In this document: positions 1-10,525 of the stretch, piece by piece
Numbering within the stretch: the first letter of the stretch is position 1
Layout of the letters: the number at the start of each line of letters is the position of its first letter
DNA from: Candidatus Thiothrix sulfatifontis
Lineage (GTDB): Bacteria; Pseudomonadota; Gammaproteobacteria; Thiotrichales; Thiotrichaceae
Direction of reading: 5' to 3'
NCBI GenBank assembly: GCA_022828425.1
Contig: CP094685.1
Span: 3,016,046-3,080,045, forward strand
Length of the DNA: 64,000 nt
The notes under the pieces: model-generated
The model's database searches: none
What the model was told of the DNA's origin: nothing
Seen by the model: the letters and a program-made list of their open reading frames with translations, nothing else
Position numbers and translations under genes: made by a program

Positions 1-1961
1 CAATTCGGAATCAACGCCGCCTGAATCAAGCCATGCCCATCCTGATGCTGCAACCCCTCACCCGCCAGCGTAGTGCGCCCCGCCGTGCCGCCGATCAGGA
101 AACCCCGTGCGCGGCAATCGCCTGCTGCCCAGGCCAAATCCCCAATCCGCTGGAAACCAAACATCGAATAATAAATATAGAACGGCACCATATTCACACC
201 GTGGGTGCTGTATGCCGTTGCCGCCGCAATCCATGAGGAAAACGCGCCCGCTTCGTTAATGCCCTCTTCCAGAATTTGCCCAGTCTTGTCTTCTTTGTAG
301 AACATGACCTGATCTTTATCCTGCGGCTCGTACAATTGCCCGACCGAGGAATAAATCCCCATCTGGCGGAACATGCCTTCCATCCCGAAAGTACGCGCCT
401 CATCCGGCACAATCGGCACAACATTGCGCCCCATGTTTTTGTCACGCGCCAACAATGTCAGCAAGCGCACGAACACCATCGTGGTAGACATTTCACGGTC
501 GCCGGTGCTTTCCAGTAGCGGTTGGAAAATCGAAATATCCGGCACTTTCAGCGGGGTCGCGTGCGTTTGGCGTTGTGGCAAGAAACCACCCAAGGCTTTG
601 CGGCGTTCCAGCATGTACTGCATTTCTTCGCCGTTGGGGTCAGGGCGGTAATATTTGGCTTCTGCCGCATCCGCATCACTCAACGGGATATTGAAACGGT
701 TTTTGTAGGCAATCATTTCATCGCCGGAAAGCTTTTTCTGCGAGTGCGTGCGGTTCTGGCCTTCACCCGCTGAACCCATCCCGTAACCTTTGACGGTATG
801 CGCCAAGATAACGGTCGGTTGCCCGGTATGATTCACGGCAGCGTGGTAAGCAGCGTAAACTTTGTGCGGATCATGACCGCCACGGTTTAAACGCCAAATG
901 TCTGCGTCGCTCATTTTCGCAACCATTTCTTTCAGCTCTGGGTATTTGCCGAAGAAATTTTCGCGGATATACGCGCCATCTTTGGATTTGTAATTTTGGT
1001 ATTCACCATCGACAGCTTCCATCATGCGATCTTTGAGAATGCCGTCTTTGTCTTTAGCGAGGAGTGGATCCCAATACGAACCCCACAGCACTTTGATCAC
1101 ATTCCAACCTGCGCCACGGAATACCGCTTCGAGTTCCTGCACGATTTTGCCGTTGCCGCGCACCGGGCCGTCCAAGCGTTGCAGGTTGCAGTTGACCACC
1201 CACACCAGATTGTCGAGTTTTTCGCGCCCGCCGAGGGAAATCGCGCCGAGGGTTTCCGGCTCATCGGTTTCACCGTCGCCGACAAATGCCCACACCTTAC
1301 GATTAGCGGTTTCTGCCAACTTGCGGTCTTGCAGGTATTTCATGAAACGCGCTTGGTAGATCGACTTAATCGGCCCCAAGCCCATTGAAACGGTGGGGAA
1401 CTGCCAATAATCCGGCATCAACCACGGGTGCGGGTAAGACGACAAGCCGCCGCCATCGACTTCCTGGCGGAAACCATCAAGGTCTTCTTCGGTAAAACGC
1501 CCCTCAAGGAAGGAACGCGCATACATCCCCGGTGCAGCGTGACCCTGGATATACAGCAAGTCGCCGCCGTGTTGCGGGGAAGGCGCGTGCCAGAAATGGT
1601 TCATGCCCACGTCGTACAAGGTCGCGGCAGAGGCGAAGGTGGCAATATGCCCGCCCAATTCGGGGCTTTCGCGGTTGGCGCGTACCACCATGGCTGCCGC
1701 ATTCCAGCGAATGTAGGAGCGCAGGCGTGCCTCAATCGCGGGTTTGCCAGGGGTGTGGCTTTCTTTGTGCGGGGGAATCGTATTAATGTAAGCAGTATTG
1801 GCTGAATACGGCAGATTCGCACCGTTTTGACGGGCAGTCGCAATCATCTCTTGCAATAGAAAGTGCGCACGTTCCACACCTTCGGCTTCGATGACAGCCT
1901 CAAGTGACTCAATCCATTCGTGAGTTTCCTGAGAATCAACATCTTGTAATGATTTATTCAT
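1..1961 (-). CDS. aceE: Pyruvate dehydrogenase E1 component, 5-prime ~653 codons (gene continues past window start)
   Basis: Not in ORF track because it is open to the window edge. Manual minus-strand translation from ATG at 1961-1959 reads MNKSLQDVDSQETHEWIESLEAVIEAEGVERAHFLLQEMI...GGHIATFASAATLYDVGMNHFW...VGDGETDEPETLGAI, colinear with AceE. Confidence 0.9.
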   Translation of the reverse strand, partial: MNKSLQDVDSQETHEWIESLEAVIEAEGVERAHFLLQEMIATARQNGANLPYSANTAYINTIPPHKESHTPGKPAIEARLRSYIRWNAAAMVVRANRESPELGGHIATFASAATLYDVGMNHFWHAPSPQHGGDLLYIQGHAAPGMYARSFLEGRFTEEDLDGFRQEVDGGGLSSYPHPWLMPDYWQFPTVSMGLGPIKSIYQARFMKYLQDRKLAETANRKVWAFVGDGETDEPETLGAISLGGREKLDNLVWVVNCNLQRLDGPVRGNGKIVQELEAVFRGAGWNVIKVLWGSYWDPLLAKDKDGILKDRMMEAVDGEYQNYKSKDGAYIRENFFGKYPELKEMVAKMSDADIWRLNRGGHDPHKVYAAYHAAVNHTGQPTVILAHTVKGYGMGSAGEGQNRTHSQKKLSGDEMIAYKNRFNIPLSDADAAEAKYYRPDPNGEEMQYMLERRKALGGFLPQRQTHATPLKVPDISIFQPLLESTGDREMSTTMVFVRLLTLLARDKNMGRNVVPIVPDEARTFGMEGMFRQMGIYSSVGQLYEPQDKDQVMFYKEDKTGQILEEGINEAGAFSSWIAAATAYSTHGVNMVPFYIYYSMFGFQRIGDLAWAAGDCRARGFLIGGTAGRTTLAGEGLQHQDGHGLIQAALIPN

Positions 1962-2169
1962 TTTTCATCCTCTTTCTTCCAGCAGTAAATCTGGTAAGCC
2001 AAATGGCATGAACACTCCAGATGGACAAGAAAGATAGCACAGACCGACACACTTTTGAAGAAAAAGTTCACACAAAAAATTAAAGTTTAATTTTCAAATA
2101 CTTATGAGATTCAAATAATTTGTAAAATCTTTTGTAGGCATTTTCTATCAGTTCCGTTAAGCTCTCGTT

Positions 2170-2811
2170 ATGACAGATGATATAGATATAATTCCCATTG
2201 CCGGACGTTTCCGTGGCTTTCTCCCCGTGGTCGTGGATGTAGAAACGGGTGGCTTTGATTGCCGCAAGGATGCGTTGCTAGAATTGGCAGCCGTGGTGTT
2301 GCGCATCGACGAAAAAGGTGAGCTATCCCGCCACCGCACCTTTAATTGGCACATCGAACCTTTTCCCAATGCCAATATGGATCCCAAATCGCTGGAAGTG
2401 AACGGCATCAAGCCCTTCAGCCCACTGCGCATGGCAGTACCTGAGCCGAAAGCGATGGAAGAATTTTTCAAAGTGATCCGCAAAGAAGTGAAGGTCAACC
2501 GCTGCAACCGCGCCATTTTGGTGGGACATAACGCGCCGTTCGACTTGAATTTTATCCATGCCGCCTCTGAACGCATCAAAGCCACCCGCAACCCGTTCCA
2601 CCCGTTCAGCACTTTGGATACGGTTTCGCTGGGTGCGGTGATGTACGGGCAGACCGTGTTGGCACGTCTTTCGCAAGCCGCAGGCATGGGCTGGGATGCG
2701 GACTCCGCACACTCAGCCGTGTATGATGCTGAAAAGACAGCGGATTTATTTTGCCATTTCGTGAATACTTGGCAAACGCTGGATGCGGCGTTTAAAGCGG
2801 TCGAGAATTAA
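2170..2811 (+). CDS. rnt: Ribonuclease T
   Basis: 213-aa ORF. RFRGFLPVVVDVETGGF...HNAPFDLNF...HSAVYDAEKTADLF is colinear with E. coli Rnt (DEDDh exonuclease motifs). Confidence 0.9.
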   Translation: MTDDIDIIPIAGRFRGFLPVVVDVETGGFDCRKDALLELAAVVLRIDEKGELSRHRTFNWHIEPFPNANMDPKSLEVNGIKPFSPLRMAVPEPKAMEEFFKVIRKEVKVNRCNRAILVGHNAPFDLNFIHAASERIKATRNPFHPFSTLDTVSLGAVMYGQTVLARLSQAAGMGWDADSAHSAVYDAEKTADLFCHFVNTWQTLDAAFKAVEN

Positions 2812-2829
2812 AGAAACCCCTCACCCCAA

Positions 2830-2854
2830 CCCCTCTCCCGCAAGGGGCGAGGGG
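2830..2854. terminator. GC-rich REP-like hairpin between convergent rnt and potD
   Basis: CCCCTC-N13-GAGGGG stem with inner CCC/GGG pairing. Sits in the 55-nt gap between two convergent stop codons. Confidence 0.45.
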
Positions 2855-2866
2855 CTAAGAGATTGC

Positions 2867-3898
2867 TTACTTCCCCGTCTTCAATTTTTCCCAGTACCCG
2901 TCATACAACTTCATGGCGTCGCCAATGTCGTTCTGGAACTCGCCCTTGGCAACGTCTTCTGCTTTAGGGAAAATCACCGGGTTGCTGCTGGTGTCTTCAT
3001 CCAACAATTCTTTTACCGCGATATTCGGGGTGCTGTAGCCCAGCTCTTCTACCACTTGCTGCCCGACTTCGGGGCGTAACATGTAGTCGATGAATTTGTG
3101 GGCGTTATCGGCATTACTGGCACCTGCCGGAATCACAAAACTGTCCACCCAAAAACCTGCGCCTTCTTTCGGGAAAATGTATTCAATGTCGGGATTTTCC
3201 TGCTGCGCCATTGTGACTTCGCCGCTCCAGATCATGCCGAGATTCACATCACCTGCCAAAAACGGTTCACGGGGTGCATCCGCATTGAAGACCAACACAT
3301 TCGGCATTAGCTTTTGCAGGTCTTCGTAGGCGATTTTGATTTCATCCGGGTTAGTGGAATTGGTGGAAAAGCCGTTCTTTTTCAGCGCCATGTGGAAGAC
3401 TTCGCGCACATCATCGGTCAACAATAACTTGCCCTTCCACTTCTCATCCCACAAATCTGCCCACGAGGTGATGGTCGAGGAGTCGATTTCTTTACCGTTT
3501 ACGCCAATGCCGGTGCTGCCCCACAGGTAAGGAATGCTGTATTCGTTGCCGGGGTCATAGGGCTTATCCAGCAAGTCCGGTGACAAATTTTTCAGGTTAG
3601 TCAGCTTGGTTTTATCGAGTTTTTGCAACAAACCTTCGCGACTCATTTTCGCCACCAAATAACTGGATGGCACTACAATGTCGTAACCTTTACCCTGTTG
3701 CAGCTTCAATTTGGAATACATCACCTCGTTATTTTCGTAGGTGGAATACTCGACCTTGATGCCGGTTTCTTTCTCGAATTCTTCCAGCGCGGTTTCGGGG
3801 ATGTACTCTGCCCAGTTATACACCACAAGTTTTTCTTCAGCGTGCAGCGTGGTTGCCGCCAGCAGCAGCAAGGTTGCGAACAGGGAGGTTGATTTCAT
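2867..3898 (-). CDS. potD: Spermidine/putrescine ABC transporter periplasmic binding protein
   Basis: 343-aa ORF with signal peptide MKSTSLFATLLLLAATTLHA. Last gene of a potA-potB-potC-potD ordered operon. Confidence 0.85.
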   Translation of the reverse strand: MKSTSLFATLLLLAATTLHAEEKLVVYNWAEYIPETALEEFEKETGIKVEYSTYENNEVMYSKLKLQQGKGYDIVVPSSYLVAKMSREGLLQKLDKTKLTNLKNLSPDLLDKPYDPGNEYSIPYLWGSTGIGVNGKEIDSSTITSWADLWDEKWKGKLLLTDDVREVFHMALKKNGFSTNSTNPDEIKIAYEDLQKLMPNVLVFNADAPREPFLAGDVNLGMIWSGEVTMAQQENPDIEYIFPKEGAGFWVDSFVIPAGASNADNAHKFIDYMLRPEVGQQVVEELGYSTPNIAVKELLDEDTSSNPVIFPKAEDVAKGEFQNDIGDAMKLYDGYWEKLKTGK

Positions 3899-3899
3899 T

Positions 3900-4667
3900 T
3901 CAGTGTTTTCTCCTGAGCAATAAAGTAGATAACGTGACCAGACCCAGCGAAATCGCCAGTAACAAGGTCGCTAATACGTTCACTTCGGGTGACACCCCAA
4001 CTTTTACCATTGAAAACACCCGAATCGGTAAAATTTCAAAGCTAGGCCCCGTCACGAATGAACTGATGATTACATCATCAAGCGACAGGGTAAAGCTTAA
4101 TAACCACCCAGCCACAATTGCCGGAAATACCAAGGGCAAAATGATCAACCGAAAAATACGTCCTTCACTTGCGCCCAAGTCTTGCGCGGCTTCCAACAAA
4201 TATTTATCAAAGCCTTTGAGCTGCGCATACACCGTAATCACCACAAACGGCAGGCAAAACGTAATGTGCGCAATTAGCAACGACCAGAAACCCAATTGAA
4301 TCCCCAGCGCAATAAAAATCACCAGAAAGGTAATCGCCAACACAATATCCGGCGACATCATCACGATAAATAATAAGCCGCTGGCAATCGCTTTCAAGGG
4401 AAAACGGTAGCGGTGTAACGCCAATGCCATTAGCGTCCCGATGAACGTGGCAGCGGTTGCCGCCAGACTTGCCACTAGCAAGGAATTCAAAAAAGCTTGG
4501 GTAAGTGCTTCATTTTCAAATAACTTGCCATACCATTTCCACGTGAAGCCTTGCCATTCGTAGCCGTATTTGGAGGCGTTGAAGGAATTGATGACCAGAA
4601 TGACGATAGGTAAATACAGATAAGCGAAAATCGCCGCCATAAAACCCCACTTAAAGACCTTCATCAT
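3900..4667 (-). CDS. potC: Spermidine/putrescine ABC transporter permease
   Basis: ORF 3900-4739. Start placed at ATG 4667 (MMKVFKWGF..., G-rich RBS upstream), overlapping the potB stop. Multi-TM protein with permease signature [16 protein letters not shown]. Confidence 0.8.
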   Translation of the reverse strand: MMKVFKWGFMAAIFAYLYLPIVILVINSFNASKYGYEWQGFTWKWYGKLFENEALTQAFLNSLLVASLAATAATFIGTLMALALHRYRFPLKAIASGLLFIVMMSPDIVLAITFLVIFIALGIQLGFWSLLIAHITFCLPFVVITVYAQLKGFDKYLLEAAQDLGASEGRIFRLIILPLVFPAIVAGWLLSFTLSLDDVIISSFVTGPSFEILPIRVFSMVKVGVSPEVNVLATLLLAISLGLVTLSTLLLRRKH

Positions 4668-5517
4668 CCAACCCCCCTTGCCGATTAATGCGCCGATTTG
4701 CCAACACATACAACCACAATAAACCCGCCATAAGCACAATCAACGCCACGCTAAACGCTGCCCCAAACGGCCAATCGCGCACCACCAAAAACTGATTTTT
4801 AATAATATTCCCCAGCAATAAGTTTTTCGCGCCACCCAGCAAGTCCGCCACGTAAAACATGCCCATCGCAGGCAAAAACACCATCAAGCTACCCGCAATA
4901 ATTCCCGGCATGGTCAGCGGCACAATAATCAACCGAAACCGTGCCCAAAAACTCGCGCCCAAATCTTGCGCCGCCTCCAACAAAGTTCCATCCAACTTGC
5001 CGAAACTCGACACCAACGGCAACACCATAAACGGCAGCAACACGTAAACCAAACCAAACACCACCGCAAACGGCGTGTACAACAATTGCAACGGCTCATC
5101 AATCAGCCCCATGCTCATCAAGGTGCTGTTCACAATGCCTTTATTACCTAAAATCAATTTGATAGCGTAAGTCCGAATCAGGCTATTCGTCCAAAACGGC
5201 ACAATCATCAAAAACAGCAATACCCCGCGCCACACCGTCGGCAATTTCGCCAACAAGTACGCAAACGGATACCCCAACCCCAAGCAAATCAGCGTGGTCA
5301 ACGTCGACAGCCACAAACTGCGCCAAAATACCTCTGCATACACTGGCTCGAATAGCCGTTCCCACGAATTCAAAGTCAGTGGCCATACCGCCAAATGCTG
5401 CGCATCCGGCGACATCACACTGGTCAACAACACCAATACGTGCGGAACCAGCACAAACAAACCCAACCACACCAGCGTTAGCACAATGGCAAACTGCCTG
5501 AAATTCAACAGATTCAT
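4651..5517 (-). CDS. potB: Spermidine/putrescine ABC transporter permease
   Basis: 288-aa multi-TM ORF with permease motif [16 protein letters not shown]. Overlaps the potA stop by 4 nt. Confidence 0.85.
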   Translation of the reverse strand: MNLLNFRQFAIVLTLVWLGLFVLVPHVLVLLTSVMSPDAQHLAVWPLTLNSWERLFEPVYAEVFWRSLWLSTLTTLICLGLGYPFAYLLAKLPTVWRGVLLFLMIVPFWTNSLIRTYAIKLILGNKGIVNSTLMSMGLIDEPLQLLYTPFAVVFGLVYVLLPFMVLPLVSSFGKLDGTLLEAAQDLGASFWARFRLIIVPLTMPGIIAGSLMVFLPAMGMFYVADLLGGAKNLLLGNIIKNQFLVVRDWPFGAAFSVALIVLMAGLLWLYVLANRRINRQGGLDDEGL

Positions 5518-6623
5518 GACTTACCCGCCCTTTCCGCCGGAATCACATGCTCCCAACCCGGAACCCAGTCCACCCCCACTTTTTGATTAATGCTGTAATC
5601 GAAATCGGGGTCATCTTCGTCGAAAAACTCATGCGCCATCACCGTCTGCCCGTTTTCCAGCAAAATATGCGAATTCAGGGTTTGTCCGGTGTAATTGCGC
5701 TCCAACACCACACCGGGGAAACCTTTACGTTCAGCCACTTCCGGGCGACAGTCGATGCGCAAATCTTCCGGGCGCAACATCACATGCACCTTATCACCCA
5801 CCGCAAAACGGTGATTGCCGCGAATTTCCCGTTCTACGCCATTAATCATGGCTTGGTACTGGTATTCGCCCAACGCATGGGTGATTTCGCCGTCAAACAC
5901 GTTGATTTCACCAATGAATTGCGCCACAAACAAGTTGAGTGGCGCTTCGTAAATTTCGCGGGGTGTACCGACTTGCTGCGCTTGCCCGTTGTGCATGACC
6001 AAAATCCGGTCAGACATCGACAACGCTTCCTCCTGATCGTGGGTGACGTACACAAAGGTAATCCCCAACTGACGTTGCAACTGCTTGAGTTCTAGCTGCA
6101 TTTGTTGACGTAACTTATAATCGAGTGCGCTAAGTGATTCATCCAGCAATAAAATTTTCGGACGATTCACCACCGCTCGCGCAATCGCCACGCGCTGCTT
6201 TTGCCCGCCCGAAAGCTGATGCGGTTTGCGCGTCGCAAACTCGGACAAGCGCACAATTGCCAGCGCATCCGCCACGCGCACCGCAATATCCTGCGGATCC
6301 ACGTTTGCCATTTTCAAACCAAACGCCACATTGTCGAACACGCTTAAATGCGGAAACAGCGCATAACTCTGGAAAACGGTATTCACCGGACGCTTTTCCG
6401 CTGGTATTCCGGCAATATCGTCATCATTTAGCAGAATTTGCCCCGCATTCGGCTGCTCAAACCCCGCAATCAGACGCAATACCGTGGTTTTACCGCAACC
6501 CGATGGGCCTAAAATCGTGAAAAATTCGCCGTCGTGGATAGTGAGGTTAAATTCAGAAAGCACTTCCTGAGCGGCAAAGCGTTTGCTGACATTGCTCAGG
6601 GTGAGGATCGGAGGTCGGTTCAA
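5514..6623 (-). CDS. potA: Spermidine/putrescine ABC transporter ATP-binding protein
   Basis: 369 aa. Walker [13 protein letters not shown] signature [14 protein letters not shown], Walker B ILLLDE, and a C-terminal regulatory domain. Confidence 0.9.
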   Translation of the reverse strand: MNRPPILTLSNVSKRFAAQEVLSEFNLTIHDGEFFTILGPSGCGKTTVLRLIAGFEQPNAGQILLNDDDIAGIPAEKRPVNTVFQSYALFPHLSVFDNVAFGLKMANVDPQDIAVRVADALAIVRLSEFATRKPHQLSGGQKQRVAIARAVVNRPKILLLDESLSALDYKLRQQMQLELKQLQRQLGITFVYVTHDQEEALSMSDRILVMHNGQAQQVGTPREIYEAPLNLFVAQFIGEINVFDGEITHALGEYQYQAMINGVEREIRGNHRFAVGDKVHVMLRPEDLRIDCRPEVAERKGFPGVVLERNYTGQTLNSHILLENGQTVMAHEFFDEDDPDFDYSINQKVGVDWVPGWEHVIPAERAGKS

Positions 6624-6744
6624 TGGCTACTCCTAGCGTAAATTGCCTAGCGTGGCGGGGTGTCATCCATTATATTTCCCACACGCACAGATTCAATGGA
6701 TAATATCCTCGCTAACTGAAGGAATTGGAAGAACTCGACCACCC

Positions 6745-8244
6745 ATGAAAATTACCCGACGCTTACGCTGGCTACTGGCAGGCGGCATCTTATTAATGAC
6801 GCTGCTGTTTTTGCTGTTCCTGTTTTTTGCCACCAAAAATTTCCTCGATTTATGGGACAGGCTGCTATTACTTCCCACCTGGCTGTTTTATACCTACAGC
6901 ACGGTAATCGCAGCGGTCGTGCTCTTTAGCGGCTGGCTCATCGTGAAATTGTTATCGGGTGGGCGTTCAAGCGCAGCACTCAAGCGCCCTGCCCCCAAAC
7001 CTGTCACCGAAGCTTCGCTTGCCCAAGACATTGCGCAAATCAAGGCAGCGGGCATGAATACCGCAACATTAGAAATCGAAATCGCTGAATTACACGAGCG
7101 CAGGACGGCCGGAAACGTGCACATTGCCTTTTTCGGCGACATTAGTACCGGCAAATCGTCCATTATCAAAGCCCTGTTACCGGATGCGGGGGTGGAGATC
7201 AACCTGCGCGGCGGTTCAACCCGCGAGATTCGCGAATACACTTGGCAAACCCTAGCAGGCGATCACCTGTTGCTCACTGATTTACCGGGGCGCAATGAAG
7301 CCGAAGGCACACTCGATGCCGCCGCTCGCGATGAAGCAATTCGGGCGCACATTGTGGTGTACGTGACCGATTCCGATCTGAGCCGCACCCAATTTCAAGA
7401 CCTGCAAGAATTAGCTGCTTTCGGCAAACCGTTATTAATTGCCATCAACAAGCGCGACCAATACACCGCCGCAGAACAGGTACAACTTGCCACACGCATC
7501 CGTACACGCTTCGACGCCCACTCCGTGAAAGGCGTCTTACCGCCAGAAGTGCTATTCATCCAATCCGGTGGTACGGAAGAAATTGTGCGCGTCTACCCCG
7601 ACGGGCGTGAAGAAACCATACAACGCCCCCGCAAAACCGATATTTCCGCCCTCGCCACGCACTTGCAAACCGAAATCGACCAACGTCTGGAAAGCCTGAC
7701 ACAACAACGCGATACCAGCGTCTTGAATCTCGTGCAGGAAAAACTCGACACCACCCGTGAAGATTACCGGCGCACCCAAGCGGAAAAAATCGTGCGCAGT
7801 TCCACCCACAAAGCCATACTGGGCGCATTGGCTTCCGTCAGCCCCGGTACGGATCTGGTGATTCAGGGTGTAATCGGCACGCGCATGGTACAAGAACTCT
7901 GTAAACTGTATGACAGCCCGGTCAGCCAACTCGACATCGACCAATTCCTAAATTTTACGCAAGGGAAGTTGGGAAAAAGCATCCCGCTGCTGCTCGCCGT
8001 CGCCGGAAATGGCTTAAAAGCCTTCCCCGGTGTTGGCACGGTCGCGGGCGGTTTGGTACATGCCGTCGCTTATGGGCTAATTTTTGACGCGCTCGGCAAA
8101 TCCGTCGCGCACACCCTCGAACAACGTGGCGCACTCAACGCCGCGCCCGCCGCCGCAACATTTCAGGAGATGCTCAGTGGAAATCTGGAAGAACGTACAA
8201 AAACATTTGCCAGATTGGTTATTGAACAGTATCGGGGCAAGTAA
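6745..8244 (+). CDS. Membrane-anchored GTP-binding protein (GTPase plus DUF697-like C-terminal domain)
   Basis: ORF 6643-8244. Start set at ATG 6745 (MKITRRLRWLL..., followed by hydrophobic segments). G1 GDISTGKSS, G3 DLPG, G4 NKRD. Hydrophobic C-terminal domain. Confidence 0.6.
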   Translation: MKITRRLRWLLAGGILLMTLLFLLFLFFATKNFLDLWDRLLLLPTWLFYTYSTVIAAVVLFSGWLIVKLLSGGRSSAALKRPAPKPVTEASLAQDIAQIKAAGMNTATLEIEIAELHERRTAGNVHIAFFGDISTGKSSIIKALLPDAGVEINLRGGSTREIREYTWQTLAGDHLLLTDLPGRNEAEGTLDAAARDEAIRAHIVVYVTDSDLSRTQFQDLQELAAFGKPLLIAINKRDQYTAAEQVQLATRIRTRFDAHSVKGVLPPEVLFIQSGGTEEIVRVYPDGREETIQRPRKTDISALATHLQTEIDQRLESLTQQRDTSVLNLVQEKLDTTREDYRRTQAEKIVRSSTHKAILGALASVSPGTDLVIQGVIGTRMVQELCKLYDSPVSQLDIDQFLNFTQGKLGKSIPLLLAVAGNGLKAFPGVGTVAGGLVHAVAYGLIFDALGKSVAHTLEQRGALNAAPAAATFQEMLSGNLEERTKTFARLVIEQYRGK

Positions 8245-9595
8245 GGAAGAAGAAACCAACACCGCTGTCACCGTCATTGCGGACACGCCGCCACCGAGCA
8301 GTGGCGACACGCACTTGCAACTGGCCACCGAAAGCTTGCGGCAATTGCTTGACGACTCGCGCATCCCCGATGATGTGCGCGAAAGCTTACGCAATGACTA
8401 CACTCAAGTGCGCGGAATGCTCGACAAGCTGGAACACGGGCATGTCCACATTGCCGTCTTTGGGCGGGTCAGTGTGGGGAAATCCTCCTTACTGAATGCC
8501 TTACTGGGGCAGTCGGTGTTTAGCGTCAGCGTCTTGCATGGCGAAACCCGCAACGTCAACATGCAGCAATGGCAAGAATACAGCGATGGCGGTATTTTCC
8601 TCATCGACACCCCCGGCATTAACGAAATCGACGGCGAATCCCGCGAAAAAATGGCGCACGAAGTCGCCAGCCGCGCCGATTTGGTGTTATTCGTGGTGGA
8701 CGGCGATTTAACCGACGTGGAATTCCAAGCGCTTAAAACCGTGACCAGTTCGCACCGACCTACCCTGTTGATCGTGAACAAAGCCGACCGTTACACCGAA
8801 AAAGAGCAGCAGCAATTGCGCAGCATTCTGCGTACCCGCACCCAAGGCGTGATTGCCCCGGAAAACCTGATTTTCACCACCGCACAAGCCAGCCGCCAAA
8901 CCATTATTTACGTGGATGAGCACGGCGAAGAAATCGAAGGCATCCGCGAACGTCCGGTGAATATCAGCGCCCTCAAAACCCGTTTGTGGGACATTATCGA
9001 AGCCGAAGGCAAAACCCTTGCCGCCCTCAACGCCACCTTGTTTGCCGGACATCTCAGCAAAGAAGTCGGGCAACGCATTCTGGCCATTAAACGCGAACTC
9101 GGCGAAAAAACCATTAATTTGTATTGCATCGGCAAAGGCGTGGCAGTGGCATTCAACCCGATTCCGGTGGCGGATTTGCTGGCAGCCGCCGCGATTGATG
9201 CCAGCATGATCATTCACCTCTCGAAACTGTACGGCTTACCCATTTCGCGCAATGAAGCCAGCGATTTGATCCGTACCATACTGGGGCAAATGTTGTTACT
9301 CGCCGGAACCGTCTGGGCAGTGCATCTGGTCTCTTCCGCCATGAAATTGGGCACGGGTGGGATTTCTACGATTATCACCGGCGCAGCACAAGGCGCAGTC
9401 GCTTGGTACAGTACCTTAGTCGTTGGGCGGGTTGCCGAAGAATGGCTGGCAAACGGCAAATCATGGGGCGAAGTCGGCCCCAAACTCACGGTAGAACGCA
9501 TTCTGGAATCATTGGATCGGGATTCGGTATTAACCGAAGCGCGTGAAGAAATCCTCACGTACTTGCACAAAACGGTTAAAAATCCACAAAACTAA
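8177..9595 (+). CDS. GTP-binding protein, paralogue of upstream gene (GTPase plus DUF697-like domain)
   Basis: ORF 8084-9595. Best start is GTG 8177, with AGGAGA at 8165-8170. G1 GRVSVGKSS, G3 DTPG, G4 NKAD. C-terminal hydrophobic domain like the upstream gene. Confidence 0.55.
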   Translation: MEIWKNVQKHLPDWLLNSIGASKEEETNTAVTVIADTPPPSSGDTHLQLATESLRQLLDDSRIPDDVRESLRNDYTQVRGMLDKLEHGHVHIAVFGRVSVGKSSLLNALLGQSVFSVSVLHGETRNVNMQQWQEYSDGGIFLIDTPGINEIDGESREKMAHEVASRADLVLFVVDGDLTDVEFQALKTVTSSHRPTLLIVNKADRYTEKEQQQLRSILRTRTQGVIAPENLIFTTAQASRQTIIYVDEHGEEIEGIRERPVNISALKTRLWDIIEAEGKTLAALNATLFAGHLSKEVGQRILAIKRELGEKTINLYCIGKGVAVAFNPIPVADLLAAAAIDASMIIHLSKLYGLPISRNEASDLIRTILGQMLLLAGTVWAVHLVSSAMKLGTGGISTIITGAAQGAVAWYSTLVVGRVAEEWLANGKSWGEVGPKLTVERILESLDRDSVLTEAREEILTYLHKTVKNPQN

Positions 9596-9648
9596 CCCCA
9601 AACAAAAGGCGACCCTCAGGCCGCCTTTTTTCAAACCATCCGCACGAA

Positions 9649-10332
9649 TTAACGCAACAAGCCGAACGGTGACAGCAAGCCACCCACACCGCCGTAGTCT
9701 TGGATCGCTTCTTTGGTCGAAGAAGAATGCACTTGAATCTTGTCGCCCGCCATCACAATCGGGTCGGCGATTTTACCTTGATTCACGTCTTCCAAACGTA
9801 CCGTATACGGTTTGCCGTTGCGGAAAACGGTCACATTGTCCTTGATTGCCAAACGGTTTAAACCTTCTGCCAACGCAATTGCTTGAGTCACGGAAGTATC
9901 ACCCGCTAGTGAGTAAACACCGGGTTTATTCACCGCACCAGACACCGTGATTTTGCTGGCAGTCGCTTCTTTCACCAGCACATTCACTTGCGGGTTGTGC
10001 ATGTAGTCTTTTTCCAAACGGGTCGCAATCTGCTTTTCCAATTGGCTGGCGGATAAACCTTCCGCCCGCACCGTACCAATCAGTGCCAGCGTGATATTGC
10101 CGTTGTCATCGACACGCACTTCTTTGGACAAATCGGGTACTTTGAATACATCAATTTCCAGTAAATCTTGCGGTGCAATGCGGTCACTGCCCGACGTGCC
10201 GGTTGGCAAACTCGCTTCTGCCACACTCGTAGTAGAACCCGGTAACGCGGTGTGTTGCGGCGCATTGTTGGAACAAGCTGCCAACGTCAACGCCGCCAAG
10301 AGAGGAAACAGTAATTTCCAAGTCATTGTCAT
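9649..10332 (-). CDS. Polysaccharide export lipoprotein (Wza-like, Poly_export/SLBB type)
   Basis: ORF 9649-10362. Start at ATG 10332 (GGGAGA RBS). Lipobox LTLAAC. Body resembles polysaccharide biosynthesis/export proteins. Confidence 0.65.
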   Translation of the reverse strand: MTMTWKLLFPLLAALTLAACSNNAPQHTALPGSTTSVAEASLPTGTSGSDRIAPQDLLEIDVFKVPDLSKEVRVDDNGNITLALIGTVRAEGLSASQLEKQIATRLEKDYMHNPQVNVLVKEATASKITVSGAVNKPGVYSLAGDTSVTQAIALAEGLNRLAIKDNVTVFRNGKPYTVRLEDVNQGKIADPIVMAGDKIQVHSSSTKEAIQDYGGVGGLLSPFGLLR

Positions 10333-10525
10333 GAAAAATCTCCCTGGTAATATTTTTAACAATTAAGTGGGATAAGGGGTTAGCCTTGCTAATAAGCACT
10401 AAACCAAATGATAAATTTCCTGCGGCGCTTACGCTAATGCATTCTGAATGAACGTAAGCAATCCACAGACAACAGGAATATAGCCCAAATCAGCGGCGGC
10501 TATCGAAATTTATAACACACAAGAT

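Noticed and set aside
5547-6095. 182-aa plus-strand ORF
   Set aside because: It is antisense to potA, which has Walker and signature motifs in the minus frame.
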